Source of the DNA: Styela clava | Taxonomy: Eukaryota | Direction: 5' to 3' | Assembly: GCF_964204865.1 (NCBI RefSeq) | Contig: NC_135263.1 | Span: forward strand, 10,912,001 to 10,976,000 | DNA: 64,000 bases | Shown: positions 1-18,500 of the stretch, in pieces | Layout: each line of letters starts with the position of its first letter | How positions within the stretch are numbered: the stretch's first letter is position 1 | Position numbers and translations under genes: made by a program | Notes under the pieces: generated by a model | What the model was told of the DNA's origin: nothing | The model's database searches: none | What the model saw: the letters and a program-made list of their open reading frames with translations, nothing else

Positions 1-17
1 ACCACACCCTATTTTAC

Positions 18-3000
18 CTTTCCGGAATTATTTCTCTTTAAAATTGCAATTCTTGATATTGCATCTTTTGTTTTTTGATTTCCATGGTAATGAGCCGATG
101 TATCACTGCTAACACTAATGCTTCGAGCTGAATTTGAAATATACAAGAGTCATGAAACGCACAAGGTACATGAATGACAGCGATTAACATGTTAGACTCA
201 ACTGTGTTAGCATCGCAAATTACCAAACCGAAAAGCGTGAATATGAGTCGTAAAAAATGCTAAATTAATCGTTGAAAGAATATATAGGCCTAACTGGCTA
301 AACCCTCACAAAAGAATCTCAAACAATTTTCTCATTCTTCTATTAAATTTCATGTTATTAATTCCCACGATAGTGACCCAAAGCCTCTGACAAAATCCAG
401 TCAGATAAATGTAAATGAAAAGGCTGATAAGTCAATAATCCCTCATCAATAAAATAAAAAGTTACATCAATAGAAAGTGCTTCAAATTTCTGGGGAGACC
501 ATCAACAAAAATATTTACCATGGCATGTTGTCTGCTTCCAATTAGTTCCCATGACATCATCAGGTGACACAAGTTGCAGCATCGGACTGGCAGCTCTAAA
601 ATCATATGTAGCGTTAATGAATTGATGGATATGAGGCTACAATTTCGAATTAGCAAGTTACAAATTTGTCAATAACATAAAATGTTTTATATATATCCCC
701 ACAACTGCGAATTACAATTTCTTCTATGCCGTTTGTACATTGAAACACTGAATCTGCTATTGAAATTGAACAGTGTTCCAAGCATACTCCTGAGACAAGT
801 CAGATGATACTTCTCATAAATTTCAACCAAAACAGAAAAGATAGAGACACCAGATAATGATTTACCTACCTTCCATCTACTACGCATCTGATTGCTTCTT
901 TCTTTGGAGTAACATTTGAATTTCTCTTCTGAGGACTAGGCTGCAATTTTCTCAGTGAGAGAGGACTCGGAGATTTGCTTTGAAAATTTTACACAAAAAA
1001 AAACGAATTTATTATTTACATAAACATAAATCTAGCATAATGAGAGAGTCACAGAGTACCTAAAACATCATGTTATTTGAAACCATTTGCAAACAATCCA
1101 AAAAATACTAATGTCATGTCCACACATTTGGAGATGTTACTGATTCATGTGGTAAATCAAGCCGACCATATCTATTTGTAGAAGGATGTCCAACAATAGT
1201 AGTTCAAGCAACTGCGCTCATATAAGGCCTCCCCCCATTCAAATCCACACATCTTGAGCGATAAACCAAACGACTCTATTATATTGAATATTTACCATTT
1301 GACTGGTTGAAACTGCGATAACTCTCCACTATCTTGAGCACCAATTGGATCGATAGGCCGTAATGCTGAGAAGCGTGATCCGCTTAAAAGAAATGTTCGA
1401 CTTGGTGCTGAACTTGGACGAGTGAAAATATCTCGATCACTTTGAGATAATTTTGTAGTTGTTATTCTTGAACTTCCAGCTTCGATTACCGATGATGAAA
1501 CTAGTAAATGATAAGCAAAGTACGAATATACATCATTGCATTGGTACAATACACATATTTTAGAATGATCACGATTTATCCTTAAGAGGAAACCTGATAA
1601 TATTCTAAATCTTCTGGTTCCCAGTCCCAAGTCTGTTAAGTATTTAAAACTTGAGCATAAGTGAGAGACCAATAACTGAAGAAATAAAAAAAATAGTTGC
1701 CACTTACCTTCACGTCTTAATGATGGAACTTGCTTCTTGTGAATATTTTGATCAGATTGATAATGTCCACTACTTAATATTGGGTTTGATGACATTTCAT
1801 TTAATTCATTTGAACCAAATAACAAGTTCTCATCATTTCTCAACACTGATTGTGGTCGAAGAAATCTAAGCTCATCATGACTTCTACTTGAATCTATGAA
1901 ATATATCCAAAAATAGTTTTAACCTTTGTAACCTATAATTATGTTGTTGTCATTTTAATTATGAACACGTGCTATTTGCCCTGGGCTGTGGATTTGGGAA
2001 AAAACTTAAGACTGACACAAAACTTTACTAAAAAGACAACCGGTGCACTTCCAAACCCACGTTGACAAAAAGTTTGATTTTGATTCTAGTTCTCCACTTG
2101 ATCTTACTTGGGTTTTAGTCAAATACCGCAAATCTGATCATCAGCACCATTGCAAGTGAGAAACTATTGCAACTTGGGAAAGTTAAAGTTGGGATAAATT
2201 AGGATCACTTATTATTTATATATATGAGAACAACTTCTGACGGGCCAGGCTGATGTTTGTAAAGGTATTACAGTATTGAATTTTCCATAATTTTCCTGAA
2301 AATTAAGCTATAAACCAGTGGTTCCCAACCCTTCATGGCTCGTGACACTCGTTCACAACATCAAAAAATTTAAAAGTCTATTATTGATTTACCACTTTTT
2401 ATGGTATATAAAAACAAACCAAGGCCAAAAGTCGAAGGGGTTTAATATACAACCAATTACCGTACTTCGAATTCGCAGAGCACCAAACACCAAAGTATTT
2501 ATGTTGTTAATTTTATTACGATCATACAATTCATGAATAAGAAAGTGAAAACGCCCTGTATCAGCTATGAATGAAACTACAAAAATGGGAACAAGAACAG
2601 GAAATTTTTTTCTGAAGGGAAAAGTATGCAAATCGAATCTCATTATAATTAATTTGACGCATATAGCATTGAGGCCCTCCGGCTGGGATCCACTGATGGA
2701 AATATCTGCCTCCTCTCAACACTGTTTATCATATTTTTACTTCAAAATAAACGATAATTTTCTCATTTAAAGCAATAAGGCTAAGAGTATGCTCCACCAA
2801 TCATCAATATCCAGCTCAATGCAACATCACTATTTTTACCTCGTTCATGTTCAACGGATTGAATGCTATCTTCATTATGCAACATCATCATAATTTCATC
2901 ACCACAGCTGCTTCCAGTGTTTTCTTCCAAAAGCTTTAAGTCAAACGTTTCACCTCTGCTTCCTGAAAAGCAAGCAAAAGACACAATATGAGGTATGGTT

Positions 3001-6000
3001 TTCTTACATTAAATAGAAAATATGACAGAGTGAATCACAATTATTCTTAATAGATCATGATGGGTTATATTGAAATATTGACAACCAAATTCTATTTTGA
3101 AACAAGTATTGCTCCTTAATGGATGTCATAACAAGTTGATGATCTTTTTTCTGGCAAGTGCATAAATGTAAATATGATTCGATGGCTTGTCCTGATTCCG
3201 ACACAACTATAAAAGTGGTTTAGGTAAATCTATGAATTCAAGTTCACCGAAAAATCGATTTTTCAGCCAAAAGCAACTAACACTCCGCTAAGTAATAATG
3301 CCAAGCTATTGATGTTGCTTAACACATCACCGATCAAGTTAGCATTCTCGGCCTCTATGAACAATATAAAAATGAATTGGGAATTACTAATATACCTGTC
3401 AGCATATTGTCATCAAAAGTTAATTTTCTGCTGAATGAATGGATTTGTCCTGGTGCTGGTGAGCTTGATGATCTTGTGATAGGATGAAGCAAGTTATCCT
3501 AAAACAGCAAAGCATGATGAATAAATTGGGATTTACGAGGAAAATAGGGATGACGAGTCAGAGTCAAATCCTTCATGTTGGGAGTTGAAAATTCAGACTT
3601 CTAATCATGATAACACAAGTTAAAAATTCCAAAAAAGGGCTCCCAACAGACAATTAAAGAATGCCTGCATATGGCAAATTTTTTGCTGTGAAATACGTTT
3701 TTCTCAGAGTTCGGAGCCGGAGTCAAAATTTTCTCATTCACATGAAGCAGAGGACAAGATTAATAGTCAAAATACTTGTTAACAAGGAATCAATTTTTAA
3801 ATGGCTCGGAATTCGAAGTCTGGTATACATTTTTCAATTTCACACCCCTGATAGAATCTCAATTCACCTGAATTTGTTCAAGTTTCTCTTTGTAATCAGG
3901 ACTCTCCACAGGTGGCATTGTATGTGCAGTAAAACTTCTGACTCTAGAATCGTGTTCTCTAATGGGCAGATGTTGTTGTTGTTGTTGAATTTCTTGTGAA
4001 GTATTTTCAGGTATTGAAGGTAAGTTTTCAATTTGCACTTTAGTTATATTTGTCTCCTCTGAAATAATTGATTGCATATTCTGCGGAGTTCCAAGATTCA
4101 ATCTACTGAATTTCGTCGATGGTGTAAAAGGACTTTTGGTGTTTTCCAGTTGGCTGAGAAATAAACTTTGATCGACAGAATTTTCATTCAACGTTACATT
4201 AAAAGCTTGAGAAACTAAATCATCTGGCAAGATGTTTTCAATTGTGTATGTGTCAGCTGAATCCGTAACATCTGTCCCAGTAGGTGGACACTGAAAATCA
4301 CTTATATTCAGATCAGTACCAGTATAATCATGTCCAGACAAATACACAAAACTAGGGTCTATGGTACTATCTGTAGGTTTGTTTCCAATATCTTTTAATG
4401 TAACCACTTCGGTCTCTGATTGTTGTTTGCCTTGAAATGCACTGCAGGAACAAGTCCTTAATTTCTCTTGCAAACTTTCTGTGAATGTGTCACTCTTTTC
4501 CAATGCCTTGTTTAATTGTGCTATCTGTTTCTCATAAGTTTCTATCCTTGATTCAAGTGTGGCCACAGTTAGACGTCCAAACCTAAACAAGCGTGAATAT
4601 TTAATTGAATATGCTTTAAATAATGTACATATGAATCAATAATAGTAGTCAATGACTAGAAAAAACCCCAATTGGAAATAGTGCTAATAGTTGAAAATAT
4701 TGACTCCCTCACTTGATAATGATAAACCTAAAATTCCAACTTCAAAAACTTTGAAATTGAAACCAGATTCTGATAAGTTTGTAAATATTATTTAGACATT
4801 GCCACACGTATAAATGCACAAGAATAAATGCATGAATATACTCACTTCATTGGAGATCTCGTTAGAAGCTCTTCTTTCACTGATGTATTTTGTCTCTTGA
4901 GATCATCATAATCTTTAACAAGCTTTTCATTTGTCTGTGAACAGTTTAGTATTGAAAGTTTTGGAAAGACGATACTATCCACATATGAAATAGCAAATAC
5001 TAATTACACATAAATTTATTTATTTGGTGTCTGATGAAAACCTTACAATTTCATGTAAATATATTCGAATATCAGATCTATGATAAAATTAGCCGAAATT
5101 GAAAACTTGGAACATTGAATATTACTGAATCTTGAATATATTTACTGTAAATGTCCTATACATTTATTCTGTTCAGCAATGATACAAATTTTCGCAACCA
5201 AGTTTTAACTATCTACATTTTTTACTATTTAACCTTTCTTAATTGTATGTTTTCTTCTTTCATATGCTCAAAAGTTTTGGTTGCTTCCTGTAGATTTTTT
5301 GCCATTTCAAGCATAGAATCTAAATCTTGCATGTTTCCACATCTCGAACATTTCTTCTTCGTCTTGATATTGACACCGGCTGAATTTTTTTGTTCTTCTT
5401 CTGATAATTTTGTTCTCAGGTCATCATTAGAATGTTTGAGACAAGCAACCTCTCTTTGAAGTTCACTTATTTCATCCTTTCAAATTAGAAAATGTCAGTA
5501 TCTAATACCTTGCAAGTTGCCACAAGAAGATAAAATATGCCAGGTACAAAAAAGAAAAATACAGAGGAAAAATGATTGGGAAGCATTTCAGACAAGTAAG
5601 AATGATATGAAATATTAAATAAAAGTCTTGGAAGTTTGATCTAGAAGAGGCAGATCTTAGGTAAGGCAGAAGGTCATGTGAGGTCAATCACCCCAATACG
5701 CATGGCTGTTGAAACCTTAGCACAATTAAAGAAAAGTGTACTAAACGCACAGTGGAGAGTTACAGCGAAACAACTAAAACAATCTAAAATCTTTCATTGG
5801 CCGATTTCAACGGCAATTCAATGTAACACAGTAACACAATGTTGATTATTTTACTGTGTGTCACTATAAAACCAAACTTTTACCATTTACAAGACCCTTA
5901 GTGAATAACAAAAGCAGAGTATAACATATTATCATCATTTCTATTGTATTTAATTTTAGCATCTAACATTCATTGGACATTAAACCCCCAAAAAATTTAA

Positions 6001-9000
6001 TTTTCAGATATGATTGGTATTTTATAAAATAGGAAGAGTATAGGACTAACAAACATACCCTGGGGTATGCCACAAATAAAACAATAACTAAATAAAAATC
6101 TGTTGTTTTGACTTATACAATGCAGACACATAGACTCATAGGTAAACATAGTGAAGAAAGTAGCCTTGGAAACTTTGAGAGATTCTCAACTAGGAAAAAA
6201 AATAACCTTATATCAATAAGTCACAGACTGATCAACCAATTGTTGGATTGTGACTTAAGCCAAACCTTAAGGCAAATCTCTCAAATTTTCCAACAATATT
6301 TTATCGAGCATGTATTACTATCATGCCTTGCATGATGCTTCTTCTGCTATATCGTGAATTAGACGAGGTGTGTGCAACCTGGGGCCAGATACAAATAAAT
6401 GGATGAAACTGCAGGCCGCAAATTTATTCAACATTGGCTTTCTATTAATTGCAGGCACAAAAAAAGTTTCTTTTGTAATTATCTTATGGCATTATTAGGG
6501 GACCTTGCAGAAATGAGAGATGTATAAATTTCTGAAGAAAACTGCTATTCAAATTTATTGTTACACCAACTTCAAGCGAATTCAGTGAAATATTTGCGGC
6601 TGTTTTCTTTTCCCAATCACATTTTTTCAAATTTGCTTTAATGGAAATGGGTTGCACACCCCTGGATTATATAAATAAGCTAAATTAATCACAAAAGTTT
6701 ACTGATAATATTTATCCTGTCTGTCAAAATTATGTCTCAAGTAAGTGCATTCACCTTTGCGAACTCTTCAAATTTCATTTACTATATGAAATGCCAGATT
6801 TAAAAAAAATAAAAGATACTGTCTTTCACTCACTTTGTTTTGATTTCAATGAATTTATTTTGCAAAAAAATTCCCTTTCTCTATGTAAAGTTCCAAGTAA
6901 TCGAGCCAAAAAATTAAATACTATTTTGAAAATGTTCAATAATTTCTAAGACTTTCAAACATGTTCATTTTCATAGCAAGCTTAGAATTACAATTAGTGT
7001 TCAATGTCCATGTCCAAGATTTCCCTACCAGTGGGAAATACCAGAAAAATCACACGCTAGTGCTTTTCTTATTTGCATCGAGCCTAAGATATTACTGAGA
7101 ATATGATGTCAATCAGCAAGGTGCGATAAAAATTGAAAACAAGAGAGCTACGCCCAAATATATGGACACGTCTGTTCGCAGTACAGTACGATTTACCGTA
7201 CCATCAGATCACAGTCTACAAATATATTCACACCAAGCGAAGCAGTACAGTAGGACAAAAATAGCGTCCGATGTCCGGAGAATGTTTAATGACGTCATAG
7301 CAAACAAAAACAAATCTCACAGAGCTAATAGAAATATTTAAAATGAATAAAAGTAATAGCCTTTTGGGGAAAAATTTTATCTTCAATCACTGAAAATTTC
7401 AAAGCAATTGGTCCAGTATTCGAAGAGAAAAGCGTTTTTTTAATATTTCCACTAGGTGTGTTATTATTTGTCAAACAACAAGAACAACATAATATTGAAA
7501 CGATCGTTACGTCCACTACGTGTCCAATAACAGAAAAGTTACGAGACTGAATTGAACAAAATATTCATGCTTTTGTATCAAATATAACATCAATAATTTC
7601 TTTCAAGTTAATCAAAATTATGGTACATAGTTTATATGTGTATGTGGATCAATTTCTAGCTTATGGTATGACTGACAAAGGTGCAATTTTAAATATTTGC
7701 TGTAACATAAAGTTTTGTATATATGAAAGTGACTGGGTCTGAATGAAGTGAGTTTATCTGTCTAAAACTGTACAGAGTTGCAGTCAAATGGTTCACAGTG
7801 TTTATACCTTTGGGCCTGCGACAGACTTGTATATCTATTTCCCTGCTATTCAATTGTCATATTATGAAAGCAAAATTAATATGTGTTAGTGACCACAATC
7901 ATCGGTTAGCGTCGTGTATGTAAGAATGTTATAAAGTTGAAAATAATCATATAGGATCAACACAAGTGAAGCTGCGAGATTGCATAACATTCATTTAATA
8001 GCATCAATCAATGTTGGATCACAATACATAACCTGAAATAAAATAACTTAAAATCAAGTCTCAGGTACCTCATAGTCTCTGAAAAGCAATTCCATCCGTG
8101 CTCGTCTCATATGCTTGGTAGTTCTTGGTGATCTGATTTCTTGACTCTGTGACTGGGGAACTCCGCCTGAAAAAATTTAAAAAAATTATAAAATGAATAT
8201 AATATAACCAACAAGAAAAATAACAAAAAATCAGAGGCCTATAGGAGCGGCAAATGCTCCACTGAAATAAGACTTGTTATCAACATTTTTATGAAAAAAT
8301 GTAATAATAATACTACCGATTCCAATGTTCTTACCAATAATTTTTCGAATTGGACTCTGTGGAGTTATATCTACTCTGCATGTTGGACATTGTTTGTTTC
8401 TCTCCAACCAAACTTCCATACACAAACTGCAGAAAACATGTTGGTTTGGACATGTCACTGGTTCTTTAACCTAAAAACGTGAAGCAGGTTGGTTTTTACA
8501 TACTGACGATATTCCTCTAAATATGAGGCCAGGTATTCAACTGAGGGTAAATTCGACTTGCATTGGGGAAAACAATCAAGACGATACATAACCAAATGTA
8601 GCTGATAACCATATACAGACATAGTAGATTACAATGTTATTGGCAACATCCTATGTCGTATATTAGATGTCATTAAATTATCTTTTTACAAAGACCATTT
8701 AATACCCTTGTCATGCTTGTGTAACTTTTTTATATTTCACATACAAGACGAAAGGAATAGACGGACTACACAATTCGGGCAGTAAGTTTTTCTTTTAAAA
8801 TTTGTCAAGGGATAAACGAGAGAACAAAGGTTGAGAATCCTTCTTGATATAAGGGCTTGATTCTCACAGATCGCATTATTTTTATACCAGCTGCCATGTT
8901 CTTTAAGGTTTGGTATCAGCAAATCATGGCTTGGCTGATGTATTATTTATTGATAAAGCAGAGCAATGATGTTATCTTTTTAATGATAAGGTCTCCGGGC

Positions 9001-9454
9001 ATTGGTTTTCATTCAGTCATTAGAAATTGGCATTTGAATTATATTCAAACCATCAATTACTTCAGAATTGTTTTTCTTGCAACTCATCCCAAATAAACTA
9101 AAGTGATTAGCAAAGCAGGATCACAATGCTAGAAGCTAATTTCTCTAAAATAGGACCATTATACATGATTTTTATTTAGAAAATCTCAGAAGGTAAATTT
9201 GTTAAAAAACGTGGATATCATGAACAATAAAATCACAGATGCGTTTATTAAAAGGAATTGTTGAATATATAGTGTCAAATAGTAAACAAAATGTCCATTA
9301 AGTATTATTTTAGTCGATTCTGTACCTTTTCCAAACATATTTGACAAGAAATCGGCAATGTAAAAGAAAGCTTTGTCGACGAAATTTTCCCGCCACCAGA
9401 CATCTCTCGATCAACGCGATGAATGAACTCTCGTTTACTACGACGCGATGCCAT
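18..9454 (-). CDS. OBI1: ORC ubiquitin ligase 1 / RING finger protein 219; 13 coding exons visible, 3' end lies beyond the window
   Basis: Phase-consistent GT-AG exons: 9326-9454, 8335-8470, 8069-8166, 5234-5476, 4846-4934, 3868-4582, 3396-3498, 2840-2962, 1708-1893, 1296-1500, 870-977, 519-595, 18-127 (774 codons, still open). The N-terminus LSFTLPISCQICLEKVKEPVTCPNQHVFCSLCMEVWLERNKQCPTCRVDITP, RARMELLFRDYEDEI and FGRLTVATLESRIETYE match the RNF219 RING and coiled-coil. The last exons are low-complexity and rest on splice and phase evidence only. Confidence 0.9.
6365..6664. mobile_element. hAT-like MITE in an OBI1 intron
   Basis: Imperfect 15-bp TIRs GAGGTGTGTGCAACC / GGTTGCACACCCCTG; the 8-bp flanks match at only 5 of 8 positions. 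Confidence 0.45.
7138..7530 (+). mobile_element. Possible non-autonomous Helentron-like element
   Basis: Begins AACAAGAG, has subterminal inverted GGACACG / CGTGTCC near the two ends, and an internal AAATTTCAAAGCAATTGGTCCAGTA motif reminiscent of marine-invertebrate Helentron derivatives. Confidence 0.35.
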
Positions 9455-9906
9455 CTGACTTGCGACTGTCAACAAAACGAGAGTTCATGACACTTTAATT
9501 ATGACGTCATACAAATATCAATAATCGCATATCAATGACATTTCATAACGTATTATATTTTAAAAATATATATGAGTTCAAAATTCATTTTTTACACTTA
9601 TTAATTACTTCAGGAATGATGAAAATTTTCATATAAATTAAGATTTTATGACAATCCACGCACGGTTTCAATGGTTGAATGATCACGGACTGTTACGTTT
9701 ACGTTCTGTCAGCTGATTGACGGAGCGCCGGGCTTGAATGTTTACGTTAAGCATTGACGTGGAATTTCGCCCACGTTTTTATCATTTTTTTTATTTATTC
9801 AATGTTTTATTGAGTTTACTTGAGTATTTTGCAAAATCTGATGCATTGGTTTAAAACCACTTCAGGACGAAAAGGTGTACCATATCCCTCAGTATCCAGG
9901 ATTGTG
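9455..9906. promoter_or_regulatory. Bidirectional promoter shared by OBI1 and SLC10A7
   Basis: Head-to-head start codons 390-450 bp apart, locally CpG-richer, with a perfect CRE palindrome TGACGTCA at 9502-9509. Confidence 0.65.
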
Positions 9907-14300
<4,394 letters not shown>

Positions 14301-14629
14301 AGCGTGAAATTTCGATGCAGTTATTGTGTTTTAACATGTTTTATTTCTTTTATATAGCTTTAATCTTTTTTATTAATTCTGTGCACTTAGCAAATTAATA
14401 AACAAGCAATAATTCTATATCTAGATAGCACAATTATTCAGTTTGTTTATGTTAATGTAATCTATTTGAGATTTTATTATTGAATTTATTAGTGTAATTT
14501 AAATCTCTCCTTGGGTGTTTTTCACTTTTACAAATGTTGGTGATCTATGCTGAGACTATCACATCACCTTTTCATGCTTTTTATGCTATTATATGGTGGC
14601 TATAATAATGCTCTACATTTAGTACTCTT

Positions 14630-14663
14630 CACACACACACACACACACACAAAAAAAAAAAAA
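14630..14663 (+). repeat. (CA)n microsatellite followed by an A-tract
   Basis: About 10 CA units then 13 A, directly visible downstream of the SLC10A7 stop. Confidence 0.9.
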
Positions 14664-15379
14664 CATTATTTGGCAAATGGCTATGAATTTTTGATTTGAT
14701 TTCTCTTTAAAAAATGTATCCAACACCACCTTCATTACCACTGTACATTGTATCATTGTCTATCAATTACACCTGTACATTTTATTGGCTAAAGCTTTGT
14801 GACCAACACTCAACACTCATTCAAACTTCAATTAATGGAGTATGCTATGCGAAGACCTCTTCTAATAAATTTTCTATTCGTCCAATGTTGCGCTTATATA
14901 TTTGTAGGAATATGGAGGAGACTTGACCTGGCGAAGCAAGTATTTTCGACCTATCATAAGCATGATTCTTTATGTCGTCTAATATAATCAAGTACTAAAT
15001 GCGCAGTATTCATTTCAGATTTTTATTCGGAAGGATTTGGATGACTGTATGTGGTTACAGATAGAATACAATGTGCAAAATTTTGGTGATAATGCTTTTG
15101 ATTATCTATCATCGAGCGGCCTCACCACAAAAAAAACTTTATTTGGTTAATTGATGATATCCGTTGTGAAGGGTATTTAATATAATATTATAAGTGGAGT
15201 GAATTTAACTTTTGGCGCATAGTTGATGGATCTATAACGAATTAGTGGAGTGTTCATGAAATCCACTGGCTTAAGTTGAATATGATTCTTTATTTCTTGC
15301 ATAATGTCATGAACTTTAATTGCATCGTATATTGTTTCCGCGCGATCCAAGAGCACCCACTTTGTGGCGAAAATATTAC

Positions 15380-15420
15380 TGCTCCATAGTGACACCTAGA
15401 TCAGCCGTTACCATGGTTAT
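15380..15420. promoter_or_regulatory. Two RFX X-box-like motifs upstream of TTC29
   Basis: TGCTCCATAGTGAC (15380-15393) and GTTACCATGGTTAT (15407-15420), 105-145 bp upstream of the ATG of a motile-cilia gene. Confidence 0.55.
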
Positions 15421-15524
15421 GCTACCTTGCGTCACGGTTCGTCGATTGCGTTGGATGCTCATTCTTAGGTTTTCCGACTAAAATCGAGCAGGTATTTCGC
15501 AGTTTTGAGGCACATAAAATCACA

Positions 15525-18500
15525 ATGACGAGTTTACCTTCAATTAGACAGGGCAAAAGGATGTCAGGATTGCCATCAAAATCTTTAAATCAGCCATCAT
15601 CACCCAACAAGATGGACAAGGCGGCGAGAACAACTCCAGGCAAGTCATACTGTAAAAAATGCTATACCGGTACCGTAGCGCTGTTCCGATACTGTAAATG
15701 TTATTGTTGCTTGATTGCTATTCCGATGACTTGCTGTTGAGTCACATTCTAAAATTTCGCTAATTGAGAGTCCTATCATATTTTTTATATTGTTTTTCTT
15801 TTTGAATTTCATTCATACTACAATAATAATAATAAAACACTTTGTTTTCATAAAGTGAGTCCTTATAGAAGACAAACAAGATTTCTGACACAAGCAGAAC
15901 AAGAACAGTTGAAAGCTGAGAGAATCCGAAAGAAAGAACCCCCACTGAATAAGTTCGAAACTGCATAGTAAGTAGGCCTATAAGCCTTTTACTGTTTATT
16001 AGTCTTAATGCTTAAGGAAATTATTTTGCCAGCTATTGAAAATCAGTTCAAATGCACTGCATCTGTTTATGTAATACCAGCCCTTATTTATGACATATTG
16101 TTTTTGTTATAATGAGTTTATAAATAATATTATTGACCGCAGGACTTTTCCAACCTATAGTTTTAATTCTACAGAAATATATTCGATAGTATATTTACTC
16201 ATTTCCCAATTATAAAGTATATACATGACATTCAGATTATTTAAACCCCTTCGAATATTTTTCATTTGTCAGTGATATTTTGAAGAATAATCATGGCTTT
16301 TGCTCTAGGCAAGGCCATGTATAGGCAGCCACTGATATTTAACGATATGTACGAAGCTATTATGTCTGGAAGGACTTACCAATTTATTACACTCTGGGAG
16401 AGGTGGTGGGTATGGGATTTGAAATGAGTTTTTATGCTCATTGAGTAGCATGAAACATATAATTTTTGTATAATATAAGCCACCTAAACAAACTATAATG
16501 AAAATGTCTGGTAAATGATCTATTAGGTATATTAAAATATTTATTATTTGTAGGGTAATGAATGTTTTTTTCCTTGCATGAACAGTTATAGAAACAGTTA
16601 TATTCACAATCTATGTGTGAAAATGTTAAAAGAAGGTTATCATCAATCGTTTGATGAACTTTTTTCTCTGAATTCGAAAAGAAAGCAAGAAAGAATTGAC
16701 GCTGGACCAGACTCGATTCTATGGGAGGTAAATGAATTTCCGTAACGAATTTTGAAACTTTTTTAATGATGCAAATAGTTATTTGTATAAAAAAATATTT
16801 TTGTTTTCTGAGTTTTTATTTTTTAAAAATCCCAAGCTTAATTGTCGCTCTTTAAATTTCTTGTGTTTATAAATTTTATTGAACAATGATATTCCATCTC
16901 TCTCATTTTTGTTTCAGGAACAACCATTAGAAGATCAACATGAAAAACTTGATGAAATTTGTAGTTTCCTGACAAAAGGAGAATATGCAGCTCGACTTGG
17001 TATGTTCTTATAAATTTGAATGTAATAGTTTTTGATAGCGTTTCAAACATAAAGGAAATGTGCTTCTAAACTCAGCGATAATTTTGGATATGCAGTTGAT
17101 ATATTATTGGTACATATGATCTGAATGATAGCGTCTGTCATTTGTGTTAAAATTGTTTCAATGAGTTGTACAGCTAATGGCACATTTCTAGAGGAAAGGC
17201 ATATTCATTGAAATTGAACAAGTATGTATAGATTATGCAAAAAAATGAAAGAACACCACCAGAATACTGTTCAAATGAACGAAGAGCTTATTGATAAAAG
17301 AAAAAGTTTAATTTGGAGAGTGGAGACATTCGGATGAAATACATTCAAATCTGCTGAAATTATTATAATTTATGTTGGATTAGCATAATCAGTTACTTCA
17401 ATTGATTTCGTAACTTTTGTGATTTTTAATAAATAGAAGAAAAAAAATGGAAATTTATATTCAGGCAAATGGGATGATGTATACGCTTGTCGTCATGCTC
17501 TTGCACAATATTTTCTGGAATGTGGAGATTTATGGTTGTCTGATCATTTCTTCCAAACTGCTCTGCAAATAAGTCTCAACATAAAACTTGATGGAAGAAG
17601 AAGAGAATCAGAAGCACATTGTCATATGGCTCTTGCCTGTGAAAGGAGGGGTAAGAAAAGATAGTCTTTGAGTGACTAGATGAATCATTATGCTATTCGC
17701 TGTCAGCCTATGAGTATGAGTATGGCCTCTAGGGCTTGAGTATGAGTATGGCCTGTAGGGCTTGCAGAAGAATTTTCTAGTTTCAAAAATTAACTTCGTA
17801 TAGTCAGTAAATCTATGTTTTTGTTTGTTGCCAGTAATAGAGTTAGAACTGTAATCATATTTTTGAATTCACTGGAGACAGAGTGAAAATTTAGTATCCT
17901 TTTAGTCAACGTTTCAAAGATTGCACAATAGGATAGAATTATTATATTTATCCTGGGAGAGAGAGGACCCGTTATGGAAGCTTAATCATATAGCAAACCA
18001 CGGCCTCTCGTCCATGTCTGGCATAGGATTAGCTAGCAAGTTATTTGGTTCAGATGCATTGACTTGATAACGGAGGAAGCCTTAAATTTGTATGTGAACC
18101 ACCCTACAGCGACGAGAAGTCCAGCAATCCTCTCGCACACAAATATCCTACCACAGGATTCGAACCTGTGAATCCATGCATGGTAATCAGCATTGAAATT
18201 ATTGCTTACTTCTTATCTAATCTCTTACACGTTTATAGGGGAGCATGAAGAAGCATGTCGTCAGATGCAAGAATTTTATCAACTGACGTTAGGAAGATTA
18301 TGGGCTGATGAAAATGATATAAATCTGCATCATATATCATGCAGACATTTATGCAGGTTCGATATGCTTAAATATAATATATATTTTTGTCTAAAGTGTG
18401 CAGGATATATTGTTATGAAACAAAGTGTTGAGTTGAAAAAATATTTATTCTTCGAAAGATTCCTTGAAAATAATTTTGTCAGGTGTTTTAAAGCTTTGCA

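Noticed and set aside
866-868. In-frame TAG that could end OBI1 (likewise TAA at 1292-1294)
   Set aside because: Both overlap splice donors, and further phase-compatible open exons follow downstream.
2316-2360. hAT-like terminus CAGTGGTTCCCAACC
   Set aside because: No partner TIR or TSD found; too fragmentary to annotate.
17711-17763. Tandem duplication of about 26 bp
   Set aside because: Only two adjacent units with no spacers; ordinary intronic slippage, not CRISPR-like.
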